A stretch of 39,428 nt of DNA from Bacillota bacterium (GCA_012798895.1 JAAZMI010000047.1:1-39428); one strand, 5' to 3'; numbered from the stretch's first letter, positions 8,918 to 19,245 are shown. A program made the numbers and translations. Notes: generated by a model not told the origin, from the sequence alone.

Positions 8918-9697
8918 GTGTCTGCCGAACTAGTTCTGTGGGAAAAGCGCGATAATTTTGCGGTAATTACCCTGAATCGTCCGCCGATGAACCCTTTAAA
9001 CAGTGAAGCTTTTCAGCAGTTGGGAGAAATATTGTCGGGGATAGAATCCGATCCTACCCTAAAAGCAGTAATTTTTAACGCCTCCGGCGGAAAGGCTTTC
9101 TGTACAGGTATCGATATTGCAGAGATCAAGGATTTTTCTTCACTGCAGATGTATGAATTCTGCTTGCAATCGCGCTCCAGTTTAAATAAAATTGAAAATC
9201 TTAATAAACCCACCATCGCCGTAATCAGCGGCTTGGCGTTGGGAGGCGGCTGTGAACTGGCCCTAACCTGTGATTTCCGCTTGGCCGGGGAAAATGCCAG
9301 GTTCGGCCAGCCCGAAATTAACCTGGGCATTATCCCCGGGGGAGGAGGATCACAGCGTCTACCAAGGTTGATTGGCCTCGCCCGTGCCAAAGAGATGCTT
9401 CTTTTGGGGGATATGATCGACGCCGGTACAGCCCTGGAATACGGCCTTGTAAATGAGGTTTTTCCGGAAGCCGAATTGATGGCAGAGGCAGAAAAGTTGG
9501 CCCAAAAACTGGCTTCTAAAGCGCCTGTTGCCATGCAGGTGCTCAAGAAGACGATCAATATGGGACAAAATCTCGATCTTCCTTCGGCCACACAGTTTGA
9601 GATAGAGAGCTTTATGCTTTCTTTCAACACCGAGGATCGCCGGGAGGGAATCGATGCCCTTTTAGAGAAGCGCAGACCGGATTTTAAGGGTAGATAA
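8918..9697 (+). CDS. Enoyl-CoA hydratase/isomerase (crotonase type)
   Basis: ITLNRPP.N, AFCTGID, ALGGGCEL, FGQPEINLGIIPGGGGSQRL; both catalytic Glu residues present. Confidence 0.9.
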   Translation: MSAELVLWEKRDNFAVITLNRPPMNPLNSEAFQQLGEILSGIESDPTLKAVIFNASGGKAFCTGIDIAEIKDFSSLQMYEFCLQSRSSLNKIENLNKPTIAVISGLALGGGCELALTCDFRLAGENARFGQPEINLGIIPGGGGSQRLPRLIGLARAKEMLLLGDMIDAGTALEYGLVNEVFPEAELMAEAEKLAQKLASKAPVAMQVLKKTINMGQNLDLPSATQFEIESFMLSFNTEDRREGIDALLEKRRPDFKGR

Positions 9698-9743
9698 ATA
9701 ATTAAACGTCCCACTACAATCTTAGGATGAGGAGCAGGCTCAA

Positions 9744-10460
9744 ATGAAAAAAATAGTTGCTCTCTCCGGATCCCCCCGGTCCGGACAGCCAAAACAGAGA
9801 TCTTTTACAGAAAAAATTCTCGATCTATTCATTGAAGGTATGAATCCAGCGGAATATAGAAAACACCATCTGCACCGGTTGAAGATCAACTATTGCCGGG
9901 GGTGCATGAACTGTTGGTTTAAAACGCCGGGTCAGTGCGTAATCAAAGATGATATGACCGCTTTTTTGAAGGCAGAGATTGAAGAGGCCGACGCCATAAT
10001 TTGGGCCAGCCCGGTCTATATTGATGGGTTTAGCGCGCAGATTAAAACCGTGTTGGACAGATGTTTTGCTTTTCTGGATCCCTTCATTACCCTCGATGAC
10101 GAAGGCCATTGTCGTCATAAGAGATTCAAACCCAGAAAACAGGCGGCTGTCCTGATCGCTACCTGCGGATTTTCGGAGAGAGATAATTTTGATCACATGC
10201 GCCGGCACTTTGATGCCTTCTGCCGGAATTTTGCTTGGCGAAATGCCGGCGCAGTACTCGTGCCGGCCAGTGCCCTGGGTTTTGCCGGTGATGGCCTTTA
10301 TGATGATAAATATAAAGTAGTGACAGCAGCAGGACGGGAATTTGCTGAAGATGGCAGCATCTCCACGGTAACGATGCAGATGATCTCCAACGAAGTAATG
10401 GGGGCAGAAGAATACGCGGATAATGTAAATAAATTTTTCGCGAAACTTAGAAAACAATAG
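9744..10460 (+). CDS. Flavodoxin-fold NAD(P)H-dependent FMN reductase / iron-sulfur flavoprotein family
   Basis: ALSGSPR, CRGCMNCWFKTPGQC (CX2CX2CX7C), DDM, ADAIIWASPVY, KTVLDR. Confidence 0.85.
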   Translation: MKKIVALSGSPRSGQPKQRSFTEKILDLFIEGMNPAEYRKHHLHRLKINYCRGCMNCWFKTPGQCVIKDDMTAFLKAEIEEADAIIWASPVYIDGFSAQIKTVLDRCFAFLDPFITLDDEGHCRHKRFKPRKQAAVLIATCGFSERDNFDHMRRHFDAFCRNFAWRNAGAVLVPASALGFAGDGLYDDKYKVVTAAGREFAEDGSISTVTMQMISNEVMGAEEYADNVNKFFAKLRKQ

Positions 10461-10708
10461 TTCATAAAAACGGGGCGCTTGCCTGGCCCGAAAGTGTTAA
10501 CCCTTAATTCACTCTTTTTTAACCTTACTTCCATGCTTTTTAGCGGTTTTTTTCTTTTCTCTATTTTATTAAAATTAAAGAAGTGTTGCACAAGTTATAC
10601 AGTTGAGCACAGTAAACAGGGGTTTTGAGGATTGAAGTACAATCGCTGTATCTTTGGAAGAAGCAATATGGGTTACACTGCTTGTCATCGAAGGAAAGGA
10701 GGGAAAAT

Positions 10709-11473
10709 ATGCCTTACAAATTTCTTAAAGTAAGGAATGAAGAAGGCGTTGTCGGCATCACCTTAAACCGCCCCCCCCTGAATGTTCTCACCATCGACAT
10801 GATGGAGGAGATGGTCAAAGCCTTCCAGTGGGCGCAGGAAGAATCCGGCAACGTAGTGGTCGTCGATGCCGAAGGCAAAGCTTTTTCCGCCGGTGTGGAT
10901 GTCGCCGATCATACTCCGGACAAAGTTGGTTCCATGATCGATGTTTTTGATCGTTTGTTTTTGTCCATGGCTGCGTTGGAAAAACCAATTATCGGGGTAA
11001 TAAATGGAGTTGCCCTCGGTGGTGGTTATGAGGTGGTCCTTTTCTGTGATATGATTGTAGCTTCAGAAAAGGCCAGATTCGGCCAGCCGGAGATACAAGT
11101 AGGCGTTTTGCCCCCCATTGCCTGCTACGCACTGCCTCGTCTCACTTCCCGGCCCCTGGCCATGGAGATACTTTTAAGTGGCGATACGTTTACGGCAGCG
11201 GAAGCTAAAGAGATGGGACTGATTAATGCAGTTTTCCCTGTAGACGATTTTGAACAAAATGTGGATGAATTTTTAAAGAAGTTTACTTCACTGAGTCCGG
11301 TAGTCCTGGCCTTGACCAAAAAAGCAGCATTGGCCGGGGAAAGGAAAAGTTTTGCCGATGGCTTAAAGGCTATCGACCATATCTATCTGGAAGAACTTAT
11401 GCAGACCAAAGATGCTGTGGAAGGTCTGCAGGCTTTTATGGAAAAACGATCTCCAAAGTGGCAAGGAAAATAG
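10709..11473 (+). CDS. dch: Cyclohexa-1,5-dienecarbonyl-CoA hydratase (Dch/BamR-like crotonase)
   Basis: NRPPLNVL, AFSAGVDVADH, GQPEIQVGVLPP, IYLEELMQTKDAVEGL; directly upstream of had. ATG 10709 follows AAGGAGGG. Confidence 0.72.
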   Translation: MPYKFLKVRNEEGVVGITLNRPPLNVLTIDMMEEMVKAFQWAQEESGNVVVVDAEGKAFSAGVDVADHTPDKVGSMIDVFDRLFLSMAALEKPIIGVINGVALGGGYEVVLFCDMIVASEKARFGQPEIQVGVLPPIACYALPRLTSRPLAMEILLSGDTFTAAEAKEMGLINAVFPVDDFEQNVDEFLKKFTSLSPVVLALTKKAALAGERKSFADGLKAIDHIYLEELMQTKDAVEGLQAFMEKRSPKWQGK

Positions 11474-11519
11474 GGGGCATTTTAATAATCAGCAATTATT
11501 TTGAGGAGGTTTAATTTAG

Positions 11520-12587
11520 ATGGGCGTACCGGAAAAAATTCAAACCTGGCAGATGGTTGAACCCGGCAAACTGGCTAAAACCAGCATTGATGTGCCGGAA
11601 TTAAAAGAGGGAGAAGTTTTGGTAGAGGTGGCCGGTTGTGGCGTATGTCATACAGACGTAGGCTATTTTTATGATGGGGTTCCTACGGTTAACAAGCCTC
11701 CGCTGACGCTGGGACATGAGATCAGCGGCAAGGTTGTAGCCGGCGTAGAAAATCTACTGGGCAAGGAAGTCATCGTTCCCGCTGTAATGCCCTGTAACAA
11801 ATGTGAAATCTGCAAGATGGGGCGGGGCAACCGCTGCCTGGCCCAGAAAATGCCGGGTAACAGCATGGGCATCTATGGCGGTTTTTCCAGCCATATTCCG
11901 GTGCCTTCCGAGGATCTCTGCATAATTGAAGATCGTGGGGATATGCCGCTGGAACATCTTTCAGTAGTGGCGGATGCTATCACCTCTCCCTATCAGGCTG
12001 CAAAAAGGGCCGATATACAGGAAGGCGACCTGGTTCTTATTACTGGGGCAACCGGTGGCATCGGCGTCTACATGACACAGATTGCTGCGGCCATGGGGGC
12101 CAAAGAAGTGATCAGCATAGCCCGGAACAAAGAAAAATTAGAGCGCTCCCTGGAATATGGAGCAACCCATGCTATTAGTACTTTGGACAAGAGCTCCAAA
12201 GATATCCGAAACGATTTTAGGGCCTATTGTAAGGAAAAGGGCCTTCCCAACTACGGCTGGAAGATATTCGAATGTTCCGGTTCGAAAGCCGGCCAAGAGA
12301 TCAGCCTGGAGATTCTTTCCTTTATCGGTAAAATGCTCGTTGTCGGCTATGGTATGCATAGGGTAGAATACATGTTTTCCCGGCTGATGGCCTTCGACGC
12401 TGAAGTTATCGGTACCTGGGGTTGCCTGCCCGGATACTATCCGGAGGTTTTGGAGATGGTTATGCAAGATAAAATCAAGGTATCGCCCCTTGTAGAACTG
12501 CGTCCGATGAGCCAGATTGAACAGGCTTTCAAAGAATCCCATTCTGGCAAACTACTTAAGAGAGTGATCTTGGTGCCCGATTTCTAG
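11520..12587 (+). CDS. had: 6-hydroxycyclohex-1-ene-1-carbonyl-CoA dehydrogenase (Had/BamQ), Zn-dependent MDR
   Basis: GCGVCHTDVGYFYDGVPTVNKPPLTLGHEISG, GRGNRCLAQKMPGN and SRLMAFDA..IGTWGC.P.YYP are signatures I recognise from Had of obligate anaerobes. Confidence 0.88.
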   Translation: MGVPEKIQTWQMVEPGKLAKTSIDVPELKEGEVLVEVAGCGVCHTDVGYFYDGVPTVNKPPLTLGHEISGKVVAGVENLLGKEVIVPAVMPCNKCEICKMGRGNRCLAQKMPGNSMGIYGGFSSHIPVPSEDLCIIEDRGDMPLEHLSVVADAITSPYQAAKRADIQEGDLVLITGATGGIGVYMTQIAAAMGAKEVISIARNKEKLERSLEYGATHAISTLDKSSKDIRNDFRAYCKEKGLPNYGWKIFECSGSKAGQEISLEILSFIGKMLVVGYGMHRVEYMFSRLMAFDAEVIGTWGCLPGYYPEVLEMVMQDKIKVSPLVELRPMSQIEQAFKESHSGKLLKRVILVPDF

Positions 12588-12598
12588 GCAGATAATTT

Positions 12599-12785
12599 TG
12601 ATTCCACTGCAAAAAGTCTATTTTTTAATTCGATAGGGGACCTAGTTTATTCCAATTTAAGGGATTAAAAAACGCTGGAGCCGGGGTTTTAGCACCTATT
12701 TTGCAATATAAATGAAAATATCTTTCCAATTTAAAGAAATAGATGGAGGAAGGTTTATATCTTTACAATTTTTGCGGTGGAATCA
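12599..12785. mobile_element. MITE-like non-autonomous element with 17-bp terminal inverted repeats
   Basis: TGATTCCACTGCAAAAA (12599-12615) and TTTTTGCGGTGGAATCA (12769-12785) are 16/17 reverse-complementary; AT-rich interior with no long ORF; no clear target-site duplication. Confidence 0.55.
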
Positions 12786-12812
12786 CCTTACTTGCTATCT
12801 AGTTTTTACCTT

Positions 12813-12851
12813 GCGGGCCGGTTAACTCCTAATAGTAACCGGCCCGTTTTT
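12813..12851 (+). terminator. Rho-independent terminator after dch-had
   Basis: CGGGCCGGTTA-(11 nt)-TAACCGGCCCG followed by TTTTT. Confidence 0.6.
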
Positions 12852-12921
12852 AAACAGGTAAAAAAAGAACCCTGTGAAAAATAATTTAAAAATCCTGAAC
12901 ATATTATAAGGGGGGATGCAG

Positions 12922-13323
12922 ATGTTAAATGAGGAAAAATGGAAAAATTTTTTAGACAACGATCAGTTTGCACGGCATGTCGGCATTGAACTTTTAGAGA
13001 TGTCACCGGGTAGAGCAAAGGCCAAAATGGAGATTAAAAGCCACCACTTAAACAGCGTAGGCATTGTTCATGGCGCGGCCCTTTTCGCGTTGGCGGATCT
13101 GGTTTTTGCCATGGCTTCCAATTCACATGGTAACATTGCTTTGGCCATCAACGCCAATATCTCTTATTTTCAAGCAGCGGAAGCGGGAACTCTGATCGCT
13201 ACCGGGCAAGAGATCTCCTTTAGCCCCAGGTTGGCAAATTATAAGATAGATATTACGAATGAGCGTGATGAGTTGATCGCCACCTTCCAGGGCATGGTCT
13301 ACAGGAAAAGAGAGCATAACTAG
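12922..13323 (+). CDS. paaI: PaaI-family hot-dog thioesterase (aryl-CoA thioesterase-like)
   Basis: DQFARHVGIEL, HLNSVGIVHGAALFALADLVFAMASNS, IATFQGMVYR. The alternative start is ATG 12916. Confidence 0.8.
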   Translation: MLNEEKWKNFLDNDQFARHVGIELLEMSPGRAKAKMEIKSHHLNSVGIVHGAALFALADLVFAMASNSHGNIALAINANISYFQAAEAGTLIATGQEISFSPRLANYKIDITNERDELIATFQGMVYRKREHN

Positions 13324-13444
13324 TAGAAACACCGGGGCATTGTACAACACAGGCAATAGTAGAAAATAAATAATTGGATGAAAGGCCAGACCCTGCTACC
13401 TGATACGCCTACTTGCTGCTCCGGGGGAATTTGAAAAAAATAGA

Positions 13445-13470
13445 AGGGTTTTCCCCCGGGTACGACGAAT
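13445..13470 (+). promoter_or_regulatory. SigH-like promoter candidate upstream of degV
   Basis: AGGG-N18-GAAT, one mismatch from the AGGA-N18-GAAT consensus. Confidence 0.3.
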
Positions 13471-13574
13471 GATAAGCTCTTAGAGAATATTTTCATATCT
13501 CTTCTTTCCTTTACATAGGTAATAATACAGTCTTATCAGGCTGCAGTTTTTTTATTCAAATTTGGGGGAAAAGA

Positions 13575-14411
13575 ATGAGCCAAATTAAAATCGTAACGGA
13601 TTCCACAGCTTTTCTGGAAAAGGATGTTTTGGAGAGATACGACATAGAGGTGGTTCCCCTTCATGTAAATTTTACCGGGGAATCAATTTTAGATGGAACT
13701 ATCGATAGTGCCGCCTTTTTCGATAAGTTAAAAAAATCATCCACAATACCTTCTACCTCACAACCTTCGCCGGGAGATTTTGCCCGGATTTTTAAGGAAT
13801 CAATTGAAGAGGGTAAGGAGATCATTGCCATCCTTATCTCTTCAGGTATCAGTGGAACGGTGGAAAGCGCTAAAACTGCCGCAAAAATGGTCGACCCCTC
13901 GCGCATCTCCATCATCGATTCGCTTTCGACCTCCGGCGGCCTTGCTTTTCTGGTATCTGCGGCAGCACAAGCTGCAGAAGAGGGAAAGGCCCGGGAGAAA
14001 ATAGTGGCCCTTCTGGAAGATCTGAAAAACAAGTTGCAGGTGCTCTTTGTGCCGGAATCGCTGCATTATCTAAAGAAAGGCGGGCGTATCGGCGGTGCCC
14101 AGGCTCTTTTGGGCACTATTTTACAGATCAAACCTATTTTGTTTTTTTCAGAAGGGAAGATAGAAGTATACGAGAAAGTGCGCACCATGAAAAAAGCGCT
14201 GCATAGGCTGGCAGACGAATTACCGCCGGCAAGCGCAGGACTGCAAGTGGCAATTTTAACGGCAGAAGCAGAAGAGAGTACTCGGATGCTCAAAGAGTTG
14301 GTTCGAAAACGTCTGCCGGATCAGCCCATTAAGATCTATGAACTTAGCCCGGTCATTGCCACACATGTGGGGCCGGTGGTAGGTTTGGTTTTCATCAAAC
14401 ATACCAACTGA
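13575..14411 (+). CDS. DegV family fatty-acid-binding protein (FakB-like)
   Basis: IKIVTDSTA, PSTSQPSPG, ISSGISGT, YLKKGGRIGGAQALLG.ILQIKP, PVIATHVGP. Confidence 0.93.
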   Translation: MSQIKIVTDSTAFLEKDVLERYDIEVVPLHVNFTGESILDGTIDSAAFFDKLKKSSTIPSTSQPSPGDFARIFKESIEEGKEIIAILISSGISGTVESAKTAAKMVDPSRISIIDSLSTSGGLAFLVSAAAQAAEEGKAREKIVALLEDLKNKLQVLFVPESLHYLKKGGRIGGAQALLGTILQIKPILFFSEGKIEVYEKVRTMKKALHRLADELPPASAGLQVAILTAEAEESTRMLKELVRKRLPDQPIKIYELSPVIATHVGPVVGLVFIKHTN

Positions 14412-14437
14412 AGGCATAATTGGGAGTGCAACCTGAA

Positions 14438-16165
14438 ATGAAACAAATAGATGATGACATTGTTTTTCTCCGCGGTGACGATCTGCGGTCTATGATCCTC
14501 GAAGCAAGCCGCTATTTTGATGCACACAAGGAATCTATAAATGAATTGAACGTATTTCCGGTGCCTGATGGGGATACCGGTACGAACATGAGCCTGACGA
14601 TGAAGGCCGCGGCAGGGGAACTGCAGAAGATCGAATCCCTGCCAATCGGCGAAGTGGCACAGGTTACCGCCCAGAGCTCTCTTTTGGGAGCCAGGGGTAA
14701 TTCCGGTGTGATCTTGGCTCAGCTGTTCAGGGGCATTGCCAGGGGGCTCTCCGGGAAAGAAGTGGCAGATCTGTCAGAGATGGGCAGAGCCTTTCAGTAT
14801 GGCATTGTCCACGCCTATAATGCAGTCTCTAAGCCGGTGGAGGGTACTATTCTGACCGTAGCCCGTGAGATTGCCAAGGGGAGCAGGGAAGCCCTGCAAA
14901 CTTCTTTAAGTTTTATAGATCTGTTGCGCGTTGCCATCGACAGTGGCCGGAAAGCCCTTGAACAGACCCCGGAACTGTTGCCCGTCTTAAAAGAAGCCGG
15001 TGTAGTCGATGCCGGAGGGTTGGGGCTGATAGTATTTCTGGAGGGTTGCCTGCAGAGCATGTTGAAGAAAGCCGGCCGGGAACAGGATGCAGCCTATCCG
15101 GATCGCAGGACGATGCTGCATGTTAGAGATCCGGTTTCTACAGGTGAAAAAAAACAGGCGATTGTTCACGATGAAGAGTTTAACCCCGACTATCCATATT
15201 GCACTGAAATGTTGATTAAAGGTGAGTGTCTGACAGTTCATGAAATCCGCCGCGCCTTGGAGAGATGGGGCGATTCCCTAATCGTTGCCGGGGGCAGCCC
15301 TATCGTTAAGGTTCATATCCATACTGCCCACCCGGGGACGGTGCTTGAAACCTGTTTAATTTACGGAACCATCCATGATATAAAAATTGACAACATGATC
15401 GATCAATACCAGGAAACCCGGCAGGATGGAGCCCCGGAGGGGGGCGGGGAATCGAAGGTTAAGAAGATCCCCGGGGCAAAACCTTCTGTAGAAGAACGGA
15501 GATTGCCTGGGGACATGGGCGTGGTTACCGTATCCTCCGGCAAAGGCCTGGAGGATATCTTTATCAGCCTGGGTGCCGATAAGGTGGTCTCCGGAGGACA
15601 AAGCATGAACCCGGCAGTAAAAGATATTGCTGAAGCCATCATGCAGATCCCGGCGGAGAAAATCATAGTTCTGCCCAATAATAGCAATATCAAACTCTCT
15701 GCCGAACAGGCGGCGGAACTGATCGAAAAAGAGATAATGGTGGTGGATACCAACAGCATTCCCCAGGGTTTGGCCGCACTTTTAGCCCTAAACAGAAAAA
15801 AAACATTACAGGAGAACTATGCCAGTATGTGCAGGCGGGCCGGACAGGTAAAAAGCGGGGAGATAACTTATGCCACGCGAAGAGCCGCAATTGATAATAT
15901 CCGGGTTGAAAAAGGGAATATTATCGGTTTAAGCGATGGACGGCTGCTGGTTGGTAAAAAAACGCTGAAGGAAGCAGCAATTGCTCTGGTTGGCAAGATC
16001 ATCGCTGCAGAAGATGAGATCTTATCCCTCTTTTATGGACAAGAAGTGCCTGTGGATGAGGCTCAAAAGCTGGTGAAAGAGTTGCACCTAAGATATCCGC
16101 AACTGGAGATAGAGTTGCAATACGGAGGACAGCCTCTTTATTATTATCTACTACTAGTAGAGTAG
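14438..16165 (+). CDS. fakA: DAK2-domain protein (fatty acid kinase FakA / YloV)
   Basis: INELNVFPVPDGDTGTNM, GARGNSGVI, PVEGTILTV, VVDAGG, YCTE, KVHIHT, GGQSMNP, GGQPLYYY. The alternative start is TTG 14420. Confidence 0.9.
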   Translation: MKQIDDDIVFLRGDDLRSMILEASRYFDAHKESINELNVFPVPDGDTGTNMSLTMKAAAGELQKIESLPIGEVAQVTAQSSLLGARGNSGVILAQLFRGIARGLSGKEVADLSEMGRAFQYGIVHAYNAVSKPVEGTILTVAREIAKGSREALQTSLSFIDLLRVAIDSGRKALEQTPELLPVLKEAGVVDAGGLGLIVFLEGCLQSMLKKAGREQDAAYPDRRTMLHVRDPVSTGEKKQAIVHDEEFNPDYPYCTEMLIKGECLTVHEIRRALERWGDSLIVAGGSPIVKVHIHTAHPGTVLETCLIYGTIHDIKIDNMIDQYQETRQDGAPEGGGESKVKKIPGAKPSVEERRLPGDMGVVTVSSGKGLEDIFISLGADKVVSGGQSMNPAVKDIAEAIMQIPAEKIIVLPNNSNIKLSAEQAAELIEKEIMVVDTNSIPQGLAALLALNRKKTLQENYASMCRRAGQVKSGEITYATRRAAIDNIRVEKGNIIGLSDGRLLVGKKTLKEAAIALVGKIIAAEDEILSLFYGQEVPVDEAQKLVKELHLRYPQLEIELQYGGQPLYYYLLLVE

Positions 16166-16290
16166 TCCCCGGTGGTAGTAGTTGGTTGATAATGGATGGG
16201 GGCGTACAATGGCTAAAATTGTAGGAATATTCCCCGTTTGCAGGTAATTCTCTCTTTTAAAAAATCATCTTAAAGCGAGGTTTGATAAAA

Positions 16291-17517
16291 ATGGGGGGGA
16301 AAGAAAAAAATATCATTCTGGTGGCCACCTTAGACACCAAAAGCGCTGAAGCGGCATATCTCAAGGATCTGATAAACAAAAGAGGCCACCGGGCCTTTGT
16401 TATCGATGCGGGCATATTGGGGGAACCGGCGTTCAAGCCCGAAATTACCAACGAGGAGGTGGCCAAGGCTGCCGGATCAAGGATCGAGGAGATTCAAAAC
16501 CTAGGTAGTGAGGGCGAGGCCATGGCGTGCATGGTGCGGGGAGTATCTGCCATTTTAAACGATCTTCATTCTGAAGGAAAAATGGACGGGATCATCGCCT
16601 TTGGAGGAACGATGGGGACCTCCCTCGGCCTGGGCATAATGCGGCCCCTGCCGATGGATATACCCAAACTAATGCTTTCTTCCATAGCTTTTACATCCAT
16701 GGTTCATCCCGAATCTGTAAGCATCGATCAAACTATGATGCAGACGGTAAGCGATCTGTGGGGTCTAAATTATATCACCAGGATGGTGCTGGAGAGAGCC
16801 GCCGGGGCAATCTGCGGCATGGTAGAAGAACAGAAAAAATGGGGAACAAAGGATAAGCAGATCGTTGCTGTTACCACCCTTGGTGTACATTACTATGCCG
16901 ATCTCTGCCAGAAACTGTTGGCAAAAGGGGGCTACGAACCGGTAGTTTTTCACGCCATGGGAACAAATGCTTGTGAAAAGTTAATCAGGCAGGGCTACAT
17001 CCATGGCCTTCTGGATCTCTCCATCTATGAACTCGTAAATTATGTTTGTAACGGTGCTGTCGGCGGCGGGGAAGATAAGATTACCGCGGCTACTGAAACA
17101 GGGATCCCCCAGGTAGTTGCTCCCGGGGGCCTCGATTTTTTTACCTGGGCCGGCCAAAGAGATACCCTACCCCCACACCTGCAGGGTAGAAAAACTCATA
17201 TGCACAACCCCCTGGTCTGCCTTGTACAAAGTTCGGCGGAAGAAAAAGAAGAGGTGGCCCACCTGATGGCAGAGAGGCTCAACCGGGCAAAAGAAACTGC
17301 AGTGGTGCTTGTACCGCTTCGGGGGTTTTCCAGCATGGATCCGGTAGGCAAACCCTTTCATGTGGCGGATGCCGCCAGGGTGTTTACTGAAAATATTAAG
17401 AAAGGTTTGAAAAATAGACTGGTAGAGATCATCGAGATCGATGCGCACATCAATGATACAGCTTTTGCAGAGAAAGCAACGAATTTATTGCTAGAGATGA
17501 TGACAATTCTACACTAA
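16291..17517 (+). CDS. Tm-1-like ATP-binding domain protein (UPF0261)
   Basis: VATLDTKSAE, DGIIAFGGTMGT, IPKLMLS, YEPVVFHAMG, GIPQVVAPGGLDF, HMHNP, VPLRGFS, IDAHIND.AFA. Confidence 0.85.
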   Translation: MGGKEKNIILVATLDTKSAEAAYLKDLINKRGHRAFVIDAGILGEPAFKPEITNEEVAKAAGSRIEEIQNLGSEGEAMACMVRGVSAILNDLHSEGKMDGIIAFGGTMGTSLGLGIMRPLPMDIPKLMLSSIAFTSMVHPESVSIDQTMMQTVSDLWGLNYITRMVLERAAGAICGMVEEQKKWGTKDKQIVAVTTLGVHYYADLCQKLLAKGGYEPVVFHAMGTNACEKLIRQGYIHGLLDLSIYELVNYVCNGAVGGGEDKITAATETGIPQVVAPGGLDFFTWAGQRDTLPPHLQGRKTHMHNPLVCLVQSSAEEKEEVAHLMAERLNRAKETAVVLVPLRGFSSMDPVGKPFHVADAARVFTENIKKGLKNRLVEIIEIDAHINDTAFAEKATNLLLEMMTILH

Positions 17518-17532
17518 TTATCCAGGTCGGGC

Positions 17533-17558
17533 AGGATTTTCAGACCTCATCGGTGAAT
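17533..17558 (+). promoter_or_regulatory. SigH-like promoter candidate upstream of pyrH
   Basis: AGGA (17533-36)-N18-GAAT (17555-58), in the context GCAGGATTT...GGTGAAT. Confidence 0.4.
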
Positions 17559-17560
17559 AG

Positions 17561-18926
<1,366 letters not shown>

Positions 18927-18950
18927 TTTCTGCTTTTAGGCAGACGAACA

Positions 18951-19190
18951 ATGGAAAATACAATACCGGAGATAACAGCTTATCGCTTGGAAGAGGCAGT
19001 CGCCATATTGACAAAAAACTGCATAAAATATTCTATCAAGAAGATCTCCCCTTCGTATCGAACAGAAAGTATAGTTGCGGAGAAAGATCGGGGCGAGGCA
19101 ACCATCTATCGGGTGTTGAAACAAACTTTACAGGCAGGCAACATTTTGGAACTTACTATTGCCAGGGAAACTGCTTACATCCAATCGTAA
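18951..19190 (+). CDS. Small hypothetical protein, possibly a single PASTA-like fold
   Basis: 79-aa ORF filling the frr-uppS gap; AYRLEEAVAIL...YRVLKQ...LELTIA pattern. Confidence 0.6.
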   Translation: MENTIPEITAYRLEEAVAILTKNCIKYSIKKISPSYRTESIVAEKDRGEATIYRVLKQTLQAGNILELTIARETAYIQS

Positions 19191-19245
19191 CGCTTACCCT
19201 TTACCCCCCCCGAGGGGGCTTATTTATAGATATCGGGTGATAACT

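Noticed and set aside
9013-9792. 259-aa minus-strand ORF
   Set aside because: Antisense shadow of the well-supported enoyl-CoA hydratase; no recognisable motifs.
9825-10457. 210-aa minus-strand ORF
   Set aside because: Lies antisense within the Fe-S flavoprotein gene; no motifs.
16209-16247. Mini-ORF MAKIVGIFPVCR after DAK2, possibly the remnant of a lost gene start
   Set aside because: Only 12 codons; the resemblance to a DegV-like start is too short to support.
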